Source: a virus
Length of the DNA stretch: 64,000 nt
IMG/VR virus record: IMGVR_UViG_3300027387_000003
Location: 16,589 to 80,588 of that record
Direction: 5' to 3' (one strand)
Below the pieces are notes generated by a model that saw nothing but the letters and a program-made list of their open reading frames with translations, was not told the origin of the DNA and made no database searches. The number at the start of each line of letters is the position of its first letter. The first letter of the stretch is position 1. The position numbers and the translations under genes are program-made. Positions 56,236-64,000 of the stretch are shown here, piece after piece.

Positions 56236-58113
56236 TTAGTGCCTCTTACCCATGACCAACTTAACTAGGTCTTTAGCAATATCTACTAGGTCGCGTGGCT
56301 CTGATACTACACGCATTACCTGTGCTTCATGTCGTACTTCCTTCATGTACGCCTTGTAGCGGTCGTAGTCGTTAGCCTTTATCCACTCAAAGTCACCGAG
56401 GAAGGCTACGCTAGTCATAACTCCCTCTTTAGATAAGTCTTTAATAATCCTATCGTTCTGCTCTGTCATATCCCATGAGCCGTCGGTAACGATAAATAGT
56501 ATCTTGATACCTTTACGGCTAGTGCGAAGTATGCGTTGCGCTTCTAATAGGGCTTTGTAAGGGTTAGTACCACCGCTACTATTTACGAAGCGGTATTCCG
56601 TAGGCTTAGCCTTCTCATCTGCGCTATAAACTAGGCGAGAGTCGTGGTTAAACTTATAGACGGATACGCGCCCGTTAATGCGTTCGATACCGCGCTTGAT
56701 AGTCCATGCGCTCTCCATAGTTCTCTGTATCTGCCACGCCATGCTACCGCTAGTATCTACTAGGACTACCGCTTCTATGTCGTTGTTGCTATTGCCTTCA
56801 CTCCACCTATCGAATAGGCGGTTAATGTCGTTAATATCTGACTTCATAGCGCGACCTATATTTAAGCGACCGCTTTCTACTTCTAACTCCCATTGTGGGT
56901 CGTTATCTATGCGTAGGCGTTCCATAGCCACAGCGAAGTTACGAGCGTTAGCCTGTAACTGTGGCTTCACAACGCTATTAGTGTATGAGCCCTGCTTAAT
57001 AGCACTATGAGAGTTAGAGTTATCACGGATAGCCTTACGGACTTCCTGTGTATCTCGCTTAACTTCCTCACGCTTTAGTAGTTCGTTGAGGTCATTGTTA
57101 ATCTTATCTTTGAGGGCTTTATCATCTGCGCTCTGCTCATCTGATAAGCCTGTTGTATCGTTGGAGTTAGTGTTATCGGCAGGTTCATCTAACTTCTCAT
57201 TACCTGCGTTACTACCTGCTTCCTGACTACTAGCCTTATCTTGTAGTTTCTGTTGCTCTTTGTTACCTTCCATGCGACCTTTATCCATAGGCTTGCGGTC
57301 GCCATGACCACCGCCGTCCTGTGGGATAGGGCTATCACCCGTTGGTTGGTCGTCCTTACCGACTATCTGTGCAAACTGTCGGAGAATATCCAACGCTCTT
57401 GCGTAGTCGCGTGGGAATACGAGGGTGCGGTACTCATGGATAATCACGGATAGCAACTGCGCGGTATTAACGCCATGCTTCTTAATAAACCTATCTGCGA
57501 GTTCCTGTCGCAACTCTATATCTAAATACTTACGACCTGTAAATAGTGGGAAGTAATCTGCAAACTCGTTGCTATCTCCCTTCAAGATATATTCTAGGCA
57601 TGAGGCTTCTAGGAAGGGTGCGGTCGCAGGGTACTTAGCGATTAGTAGGCGTTCGATACGGCTATCTTCTAGGATATTGAAGGCTCTGCCTAAGCCTTCC
57701 TGTCTGATAGTCGTACCAAACTCACTACCACCACGCGGAGTCCATAGGACATGCGCGACCTCATGGTAGTTAAACCCATGAAGGCTCACGATACTCTCGT
57801 CGGTTACATCTTCTAGTAGGTGTGCGTTGAACACGATATTCTTGCCGTCGTTATAGGCGGTAGTATCCATTTCAGGGTTATCTTCAACCCGTACTTCTAC
57901 GGGGTCGCCTGTAATAATCCTATCTGCCTTGCTATACACGATACCGACGGATTGTAACTTTTCGATATGCTTTGCTACGGCTTCCTGTCGTTCTTCAATA
58001 GCGTCGTAGTCGGTAACCCAATTACCTTCTTCATCACGGGAGTTATATTCTCCCCCGTAACGAAGTTCGTTAATAAGGTTATCTAATATGTCGTTCTGAT
58101 TAGCCTTAGGCAT
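56236..58113 (-). CDS. CobT-like metallopeptidase-vWA domain protein
   Basis: HEVAH, NILEDSRIE, MIDAS DTSGS, GGT, TDG. Confidence 0.88.
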   Translation of the reverse strand: MPKANQNDILDNLINELRYGGEYNSRDEEGNWVTDYDAIEERQEAVAKHIEKLQSVGIVYSKADRIITGDPVEVRVEDNPEMDTTAYNDGKNIVFNAHLLEDVTDESIVSLHGFNYHEVAHVLWTPRGGSEFGTTIRQEGLGRAFNILEDSRIERLLIAKYPATAPFLEASCLEYILKGDSNEFADYFPLFTGRKYLDIELRQELADRFIKKHGVNTAQLLSVIIHEYRTLVFPRDYARALDILRQFAQIVGKDDQPTGDSPIPQDGGGHGDRKPMDKGRMEGNKEQQKLQDKASSQEAGSNAGNEKLDEPADNTNSNDTTGLSDEQSADDKALKDKINNDLNELLKREEVKRDTQEVRKAIRDNSNSHSAIKQGSYTNSVVKPQLQANARNFAVAMERLRIDNDPQWELEVESGRLNIGRAMKSDINDINRLFDRWSEGNSNNDIEAVVLVDTSGSMAWQIQRTMESAWTIKRGIERINGRVSVYKFNHDSRLVYSADEKAKPTEYRFVNSSGGTNPYKALLEAQRILRTSRKGIKILFIVTDGSWDMTEQNDRIIKDLSKEGVMTSVAFLGDFEWIKANDYDRYKAYMKEVRHEAQVMRVVSEPRDLVDIAKDLVKLVMGKRH

Positions 58114-59644
58114 TTTGATTTCCTTCTGATAGGACTTCTACTAGCGCGTTGAACGATTGAAGTTCCTGCTCTAGTGCCTGTGTAGCGGTAATGTCAGGGT
58201 CGCTAGCCACTATGCCTACTTCGTAGGAAGCGACCTGTGCGCCTACTTCTGTATTAGCAATAGCCTGTTCTAAGTTAGAGTTACCAAACACACTAGCCTT
58301 ATTAGTAACTTCTAGTCCTAGTTCCTCTGCGATATTGTCGCGGTGGGTGTTGATTACTAGGCGTACCGCCGAGCGTTCCTCATCACCCTCAAAAGAATTG
58401 ACATAGGTGTAGGTAGCAAAGTCCATGCCAAACTGCTTTGCATGCTTAACGAACGCGACCAACGCTCTAGTGGATACGGGAGTCAATAGCGTACCCTTAT
58501 TAAACTCATCACGGAGTTGGTTAGCCATATCTACTAGGGCTTTGTTACCGAGTAACTTCTGCTCAATAGGCTTATCGTATGGGAAGGATAGGCGAATTGC
58601 GAAGCGGTCGGCGAGTGCCTGATTAAGTGGGCGAGTGCCACGATAGTCAGGGTTCATGTCGGCGATAATAATTAAGTCCTTATGGGCGCGGATAACCTCT
58701 CCACCATTTTCCATTAACTGTATCTCACGGCGGTAATCTAATAGGCTAAAGATAAAGGTGAGGAAGCGTTCAGGTGCGAAGTTAATCTCGTTAAATAGGA
58801 GTACGCCACCATTACGGACGATTTCTGTAACTGCGCCGTCCTGCCAACGGAAGTGACCTTCGGGTGTTGGTATCCAACGACCGATTAGGTGTGAGGCTTC
58901 TAGCCCGATATGGCATGCGACATTGAAGTAGCGCATGTTTCTAGCGGAAGCATAAGCCTGAACGCTCATAGTCTTACCTGACCCTGCGTGACCCTCAATA
59001 AGGATATTCATGTCATTGACTAGGGCGTAGTCATATACCTCAAAGTCGGTAAGGTTATTAACGACCTTGCGGTTGATATATTCCTTAGCCCACTTCTTGT
59101 CGGGTACGGATACCATAGCGGTAACGAGGCTATTAGATAGGTCGGCATTGTTAATAGTCTTAGTAGGCACGACGGATACTTCCATAACCTTAGTAGCGAC
59201 CTCTGCTTCCACCGCTTTCGCGATAGGCTTAATAGATACACCCGTGGTTCTGCGCTTGTCGGTAATGAAGTCGGCTAGGGATTGGTCGCCTGACTCTAGG
59301 CGTGTAATAAGACTATCTACTGCCTCATTGTGTGCCATAGGCGCGGTTGCTTCGGGTGCGCTTTCTAGGGCATATAGGGCTTTGATACCGACATTGGTAA
59401 TCTGACCCAACTTCATCATCTCAATATCCCTATCTGATAGGACTACGGCGCAAGGCTCGTTGGTGATAGGGGCGGTTGGGATAGTGCTATCTGTAAGGGG
59501 TTGCCATGATTGACCACGCCCCTTCTGACCATTGGATACGCGGTGGTATCCGATAACTTCTGTATCTGTACCGATAAGGAGAGTCTGCGATTGTGCAGGT
59601 GTTCCTTCTAGTTCGGTGTCAGACACTACGAGTAGTGCGAGCAT
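58106..59644 (-). CDS. MoxR/CobS-family AAA+ ATPase
   Basis: GHAGSGKT, W.DG, LLFNEIN, MNPDYRGTRPLNQALADRF, STR. Confidence 0.9.
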   Translation of the reverse strand: MLALLVVSDTELEGTPAQSQTLLIGTDTEVIGYHRVSNGQKGRGQSWQPLTDSTIPTAPITNEPCAVVLSDRDIEMMKLGQITNVGIKALYALESAPEATAPMAHNEAVDSLITRLESGDQSLADFITDKRRTTGVSIKPIAKAVEAEVATKVMEVSVVPTKTINNADLSNSLVTAMVSVPDKKWAKEYINRKVVNNLTDFEVYDYALVNDMNILIEGHAGSGKTMSVQAYASARNMRYFNVACHIGLEASHLIGRWIPTPEGHFRWQDGAVTEIVRNGGVLLFNEINFAPERFLTFIFSLLDYRREIQLMENGGEVIRAHKDLIIIADMNPDYRGTRPLNQALADRFAIRLSFPYDKPIEQKLLGNKALVDMANQLRDEFNKGTLLTPVSTRALVAFVKHAKQFGMDFATYTYVNSFEGDEERSAVRLVINTHRDNIAEELGLEVTNKASVFGNSNLEQAIANTEVGAQVASYEVGIVASDPDITATQALEQELQSFNALVEVLSEGNQNA

Positions 59645-59669
59645 ATTGTGACCCTTCGGTGCGGTTATA

Positions 59670-59761
59670 GAGATACCCTCTTGTACCTCATGGATAGATA
59701 CTAGGGGATAGGCTCTCTATATTAAAGACGGCTCTCAAATCTGTTCATCTAGTTATCCACA
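59670..59761 (-). promoter_or_regulatory. early promoter module: DnaA box + TGTTCA motif + -10 TAGTAT + 5' hairpin
   Basis: TTATCCACA 59753-59761; -10 at 59698-59703. Confidence 0.65.
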
Positions 59762-59964
59762 GCCTCTCTCGCCTCTCTACCTGAACAACCTATGAACAAC
59801 CTCTACCGCCACCACCGCCACCTATCATCATAATAAGCCTAGTCCATAGCCGTACATCTGGTGTTATCCCTGCACACTCCCTTCGGCTCGGTGGCAGTAG
59901 CCTAACGGCTAAATAAGCCTATTAAATGCGCCCTCTTTCTCTCTTATCATTGGCTCTCTTTGCT

Positions 59965-60199
59965 TGTCAAACTCTCGTTCATACAGTTATCCACAGGCGG
60001 CAAATGTTTGTGTTGAGCAATAGCCTACGGCTTATTGCTCAACAGAGGAATCCAGCCTTTTTATATTAAAAAGGCTGGCAAAAAGGGTGGGAAAGCATAA
60101 ATGTATAATTGAATACATTTATGCGATGGGTGGGCCAACACAAACATTCCAGGCTGGCGGCAGGAAAAAGCCCCTCTGCTAGTCTTAGCAGAGGGGCTT
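59965..60199 (-). repeat. intergenic module: terminator, branched hairpin, DnaA box, TTGACA
   Basis: Terminator 60165-60199; outer IR 60003-60015/60136-60148; three inner palindromes; box 59987-59995. Confidence 0.8.
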
Positions 60200-60234
60200 G
60201 GTGGTATTCCCGAAGGGGACGGAGATACTACTTC

Positions 60235-60750
60235 CTAGCAGATTTTAAAACCACCACTATCTGCTAGAAACTGTGCAAACTCTTCTACATTAGTCCTACT
60301 AAAGGGATAGTGTGTCTCCCAACTATCTGTTTCTCCCTTGCCATGACACCCATTACAGTATCCAATAGCCCTACCTAACGCGCTCGCCTCGGCATCTGTT
60401 AAGACTTGTACATCCATGCCGTGCTCCACGCCCACATTGTCGGTACGAATCCCTGTTGCCTCGCAGTATTTGCACGGCTCTTTAGGTAGGCTTGCTAGAT
60501 ACTCGTTACGCTTCTGCTCATAGGTATCTACAACGCCTTCTGATAGGCTTATTGTGAGGATATTAGCGAGCGCCTTAGCGCCTTCCTCATCTAGACCGTC
60601 ACCGTCGTTGGTATGACCTTGGACTCCTTGTGTCAGTTCAGGGGCAATCTCCTCGCAGAAATCCCACAAAGGTCGCCACCACCATACATTGTTGCGGAAA
60701 TACTCACCCTTCTCACTAATAGGGTTATTTCCATAGACATCCATACCCAT
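60235..60750 (-). CDS. hypothetical protein with DnaJ-type CxxCxGxG zinc motifs
   Basis: YFRNNVWWWRPLW, CKYCEATG, CNGCHGKG. Confidence 0.75.
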   Translation of the reverse strand: MGMDVYGNNPISEKGEYFRNNVWWWRPLWDFCEEIAPELTQGVQGHTNDGDGLDEEGAKALANILTISLSEGVVDTYEQKRNEYLASLPKEPCKYCEATGIRTDNVGVEHGMDVQVLTDAEASALGRAIGYCNGCHGKGETDSWETHYPFSRTNVEEFAQFLADSGGFKIC

Positions 60751-61154
60751 TATGCTAATCCCATCCGTTTCTTAATCTCGTTGGCTACTTCTAAATCTAT
60801 CGGTGTAATAGTCTTATCTTCGTAGTCACCACCATAGTTGTAGGTAATGTTCTCATCTACGCTAATAATGTAGGTAGCGTGTAGGCAATCCATACTCCAG
60901 TTAGTAAGGTTGAACTCCCGTTCCTCAGGTGATAAATCCATGAACGAGGTTATGTTCTCCCCATCAGGGTCGTTCTCCTCGTCGTACTTACCATCCTCAT
61001 CCCATGAGTGGTACTTCGCATGAGACTCAGCCATAAAGTCTGCCTCATCTGCGGAGTTAGCGTTGCCGTGGGTATCGCAACTGTCGCAATACCATACCCA
61101 CCCACCGATAGTGCTTTTGCAGGTTGCAGGTGTGATTAAGTCTTTAATCTGCAT
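60750..61154 (-). CDS. hypothetical protein
   Basis: TAATG-coupled, CDSC..H. Confidence 0.7.
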   Translation of the reverse strand: MQIKDLITPATCKSTIGGWVWYCDSCDTHGNANSADEADFMAESHAKYHSWDEDGKYDEENDPDGENITSFMDLSPEEREFNLTNWSMDCLHATYIISVDENITYNYGGDYEDKTITPIDLEVANEIKKRMGLA

Positions 61155-61375
61155 TACGCCACCTCAATCATCATATAAGACCAATTCTCATTGGCTTTCT
61201 GCATTACAGGCTTAATGCTATCTAATAGGGTTTCCTTACCTGCTTGTGCCATAGCCCCATCTACGATACCGCTAGTCACATACTTCAGGTATTCGTGTTC
61301 CTCTACGCACACATTGAAGGTGACTGTGAAGGGTACTTCTACCATCTTCTTGCCGTTAATAACCTTAGTTGTCAT
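61154..61375 (-). CDS. hypothetical protein
   Basis: Coupled ORF. Confidence 0.65.
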   Translation of the reverse strand: MTTKVINGKKMVEVPFTVTFNVCVEEHEYLKYVTSGIVDGAMAQAGKETLLDSIKPVMQKANENWSYMMIEVA

Positions 61376-61886
61376 TTGATAACCCTTCCTCGATATAACG
61401 CTTCAAGTCTTTCGTGGTCATGTCTAATAGTGCTATTGGGTCGAACTGCTGTGCCTTGCTCTGCATACCTTCATTACTGCGAAGGATAAGTGTGAGGTCA
61501 TCAGGGATTTCTATATCCATTACATCTATCATCTTGGCGAAAGTGCCCATTAGGAACGCCATTGGCATAAACGCACCCTTAGCCCACGCCACATGGATTG
61601 CTAGGGTTACTGAGGATATATCGTCCTCGCTTGGTTGTTGGTCAGCCTCATGCTTTTCTTGGCAAGCACCAAAGCCTGTATTGGCGAGCGCGTTAATAAG
61701 ATTACCAACGAACTCATCTTCCTCACGCATAGCCTGTGCCATGACGGCGGTTTTAAGGTTGCCGTCTGATAGACCATAAGACCCGCGTGGGAACTTAGGG
61801 TCGTAGTTCTCATCTTCCTGACTGCCTAATAACTCTATCGTAGTCATTAGTTCTGTGAAACGCTCTCTGCGCTCTGTGTTATTCAT
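61365..61886 (-). CDS. hypothetical protein
   Basis: AAAGGAG RBS. Confidence 0.7.
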   Translation of the reverse strand: MNNTERRERFTELMTTIELLGSQEDENYDPKFPRGSYGLSDGNLKTAVMAQAMREEDEFVGNLINALANTGFGACQEKHEADQQPSEDDISSVTLAIHVAWAKGAFMPMAFLMGTFAKMIDVMDIEIPDDLTLILRSNEGMQSKAQQFDPIALLDMTTKDLKRYIEEGLSNDN

Positions 61887-61914
61887 AGTATCTCCTTTAC
61901 TAGGTAACGGCGTA

Positions 61915-62113
61915 ATACTAATACCCCACCTCTCATCTGCATAGGGGGCTGTTCATCTACTTATCCACAGGGTTGTTTGTGCTGGGACTATTAGATGGCG
62001 CTTTGATAGATAAATCTATCAAAGCATATAAAGCTTCAATAGCCATCTAATAGTCCCAGCACAAACTATTTGCGCATGCAAAAGCCCCTGACCAGTCCAA
62101 ATGGTCAGGGGCT
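61915..62113 (-). repeat. intergenic module: terminator, 25-bp perfect hairpin, DnaA box, promoter
   Basis: Terminator 62083-62113; IR 61975-61999/62042-62066; box 61961-61969; -10 TAGTAT 61915-61920. Confidence 0.85.
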
Positions 62114-62132
62114 CTATTAGCAGGGTTATCTA

Positions 62133-62615
62133 CTAATCCTCGTAGATAGTTACATCAACATGTTCCTGAAGGAAGTCGTCCAACTCCCATGTTGAGTCAC
62201 GGTAATCACCGTTGTCACCTAGTGATGAGATACTTACCTTTAAGATAACCTCATCAAATGAGATGTCATCTAGGACTTTTTGCTTAGCGTCGTCCTCATC
62301 ATCAGCCTCGATATCAACGATTTCCATGACCGTTGAGCCGAACAGAGTAACCTCTGCGCGAAATCGTGTCCGAAGGTCGGACTCCTCTGCGGTATCCCAA
62401 CCACACGCAATCGCAATCTTATTAAACAGTTCGACGGCATCTTCTTCCGTCATTGAGCCGTCCGATACCTCGGACTTGAATATGGCTAGTACATCAGCCC
62501 TATTAGAGGCACGGAGTGTATTCCAGCCCCATTCCTTGCCCGTCTGACGGGCTTCCTCTACGCGGGTCGCGATGTCGCTCTCCTCGTAGTAGGTTATATC
62601 ATTGAGTGTGAACAT
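62133..62615 (-). CDS. acidic hypothetical protein
   Basis: ORF between two modules; IEADDEDDA motif. Confidence 0.7.
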   Translation of the reverse strand: MFTLNDITYYEESDIATRVEEARQTGKEWGWNTLRASNRADVLAIFKSEVSDGSMTEEDAVELFNKIAIACGWDTAEESDLRTRFRAEVTLFGSTVMEIVDIEADDEDDAKQKVLDDISFDEVILKVSISSLGDNGDYRDSTWELDDFLQEHVDVTIYED

Positions 62616-62634
62616 AACCGTTCTTTCTCTTAAT

Positions 62635-62842
62635 ATGAACACCCCTTGTGCTCATGGCTTTATATTAGACTATCTAACAGACAGGTCTCAAACTCTTGTT
62701 TACCTGGTTATCCACAGGTTACCCGCCAGTAATGTTTGTGCTGGGGCTTATGTGTGTATTTAAAGAATGTTACCGATATACACACACGCCCATAAGCCCC
62801 AGCACAAACAAATCAGCCCCCAAGCTTTGCGCTTGGGGGCTG
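62635..62842 (-). repeat. intergenic module: terminator, 20-bp hairpin, DnaA box, TTGAGA-18-TAATAT promoter, 5' hairpin
   Basis: Terminator 62814-62842; IR 62733-62752/62791-62810; box 62708-62716. Confidence 0.85.
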
Positions 62843-62855
62843 TCTTGTAATCTTA

Positions 62856-63863
62856 TTAGACGCTCGCGAACTCGCGAACTGCCTTCAAGATTCGTGCCTT
62901 CTCGGCATTGACCGTAGGGTCGAAACCAGCAGCAGCACCGATAAGTGCCTCACCATTGGCTGTGCGTGATGAGCGGAAGTAATCTAGGCGCTCAGTGAGA
63001 GCGTTAAGTGCTCCCCAATAGTTACCCTTGATATTGGTCTGGGTAGGAGACTGGAAATAAATATCATCCAGTAGGTCGCGCTTGGCTTGCCACTTGGTGA
63101 GTGACTGAGGCGCAGACTGTGCGTCAGGCTTAGGATAAACGGCATTTACCAATTTATCCCATGCTTGAGAGTCCATCGAGGACTGAAAGAGACCTTGCGC
63201 GATAGTCTCAAAAGAGTCCATGTGCGCGAAAGTGAGACCCAATACACGACGAGCCTCGGCTGTGCGCTCGCCAGTCTTGAGAGTGTGGCGCAACTTGAAA
63301 GATTGCTTGCAACCCTTGAGCGCCATATTGAGAGTGTTTTGGCAAACAACTCTAACGGGAGTAATTGAGGCGGTAACGCTGGCGCTACCGTCATGTGAGG
63401 ATGAGACTAGGAGATAAGTCGTAGTCTTATCATTGGCACCCGCTGGGTCCAATACGAACTCGCGAGGTACGACGAGGGAGCCGAAGACAACCTTGCCATC
63501 CTTGATTGAGCCAGCAGATTCCCAAGACGCGCCACCGTCTAGGATATTATCCCCGAACTGGAACAGGTCCTCATTCTGGAATACGCGGTAACGCTTACCC
63601 ACGATTGAGAGGACATCCTTGCCCCCGTCGAATGGGTTGGTGCGTGTGACCATGAATAGGTCGGTTGATGAGCGGTAATCCGCTGGATATTGAACAGGCT
63701 CGAGGTCTACACCCCAGCCAGCCAATTTGGCACTTTCTAGCATGTCGGCGGTTGTGACATGCTCGTCAATGCCGAAAGTACGGTTGGCGAGACCATGCCA
63801 CGCGGGAGCACCGCGTAATGCAAAAGCCACCTCACCGTTTTGAACCTCGAGCGCATGAGCCAC
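62856..63863 (-). CDS. DUF932 / phage-plasmid LGT family protein
   Basis: PAWHGL, Y..FQN, SHDGS, TPVRVVCQNTL, RHT, WGALNA.TE..D; GTG start after GAAGGGG. Confidence 0.85.
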   Translation of the reverse strand: MAHALEVQNGEVAFALRGAPAWHGLANRTFGIDEHVTTADMLESAKLAGWGVDLEPVQYPADYRSSTDLFMVTRTNPFDGGKDVLSIVGKRYRVFQNEDLFQFGDNILDGGASWESAGSIKDGKVVFGSLVVPREFVLDPAGANDKTTTYLLVSSSHDGSASVTASITPVRVVCQNTLNMALKGCKQSFKLRHTLKTGERTAEARRVLGLTFAHMDSFETIAQGLFQSSMDSQAWDKLVNAVYPKPDAQSAPQSLTKWQAKRDLLDDIYFQSPTQTNIKGNYWGALNALTERLDYFRSSRTANGEALIGAAAGFDPTVNAEKARILKAVREFASV

Positions 63864-63884
63864 GAGAATCCCCCTTCGGTAAAT

Positions 63885-64000
63885 ATGCAACGCCTTGTTG
63901 CATGCGCTTATCTTAGGCTTATCTCTCGCTCTCATGCAATAGGGCTATCTCTACTTGTTCATCTAGTTATCCACAGGGCGCCCTGGTTGTTTGTGTTGGG
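63885..64000 (-). promoter_or_regulatory. intergenic module (truncated by window end): hairpin arm, DnaA box, TTGCAT-18-TAAGAT promoter, 5' hairpin
   Basis: TGTTTGTGTTGGG 63988-64000; box 63967-63975; -10 63910-63915. Confidence 0.75.

Noticed and set aside
60003-62810. Integron attC sites
   Set aside because: Ends read GTTTGTG...CACAAAC rather than RYYYAAC...GTTRRRY, the genes have their own promoters and terminators, and no tyrosine recombinase is in the window.
59753-63975. oriC-like origin
   Set aside because: Boxes are single and dispersed, with no DnaA-trio run or AT-rich unwinding element next to them; a separate iteron-type candidate origin exists at 24.5 kb.
59670-64000. CRISPR or mini-CRISPR array
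   Set aside because: Repeats are separated by whole genes, are inverted rather than regularly spaced direct repeats, and no cas1/cas2 is present. The Cas4-like nuclease sits in a normal recombination operon.
1-64000. Alternative genetic code / stop codon reassignment
   Set aside because: Conserved genes are full length with TAA, TAG and TGA all used as stops; no suppressor tRNA seen.

Overview
A 64 kb internal segment of a large dsDNA myovirus (contractile tail), most likely infecting Actinobacteria. The host inference rests on WhiB, an FmdB-type Zn ribbon and many leaderless TANNNT-N6-ATG starts. + strand: tail fibres, a glycosyltransferase and small basic proteins (1-8.6 kb); tail sheath/tube/tape measure/baseplate (8.7-23.3 kb); replication and recombination genes including initiator, DnaC, DnaB, primase, SNF2 helicase, SSB, PolA, RecA, two resolvases and a Cas4-like nuclease (24-40.5 kb), with a tRNA cluster invaded by an HNH cassette; then accessory genes (SpoVS, Hsp20, metallophosphoesterase, nucleotidyltransferase/HAD/GNAT/TGT-like cluster, class II RNR; 41-53.8 kb). 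From 53.8 kb the genes switch to the - strand (probable early region: MoxR AAA+/vWA pair, DUF932-like protein, many small ORFs). The most unusual feature is a repeated intergenic module in that arm: terminator, long hairpin with a conserved GTTTGTGYTG(GG) base and variable inner palindromes, perfect DnaA box plus TGTTCA motif, then a promoter. Other notable features: an HNH plus replacement tRNA-Gln cassette inside a broken tRNA gene, a probable +1 frameshift in the tail chaperone, a spike OB-fold split by a His-rich insert, and region-specific restriction-site avoidance. No capsid, terminase, integrase or CRISPR array was seen. All product calls come from motif recognition by eye, not database searches.
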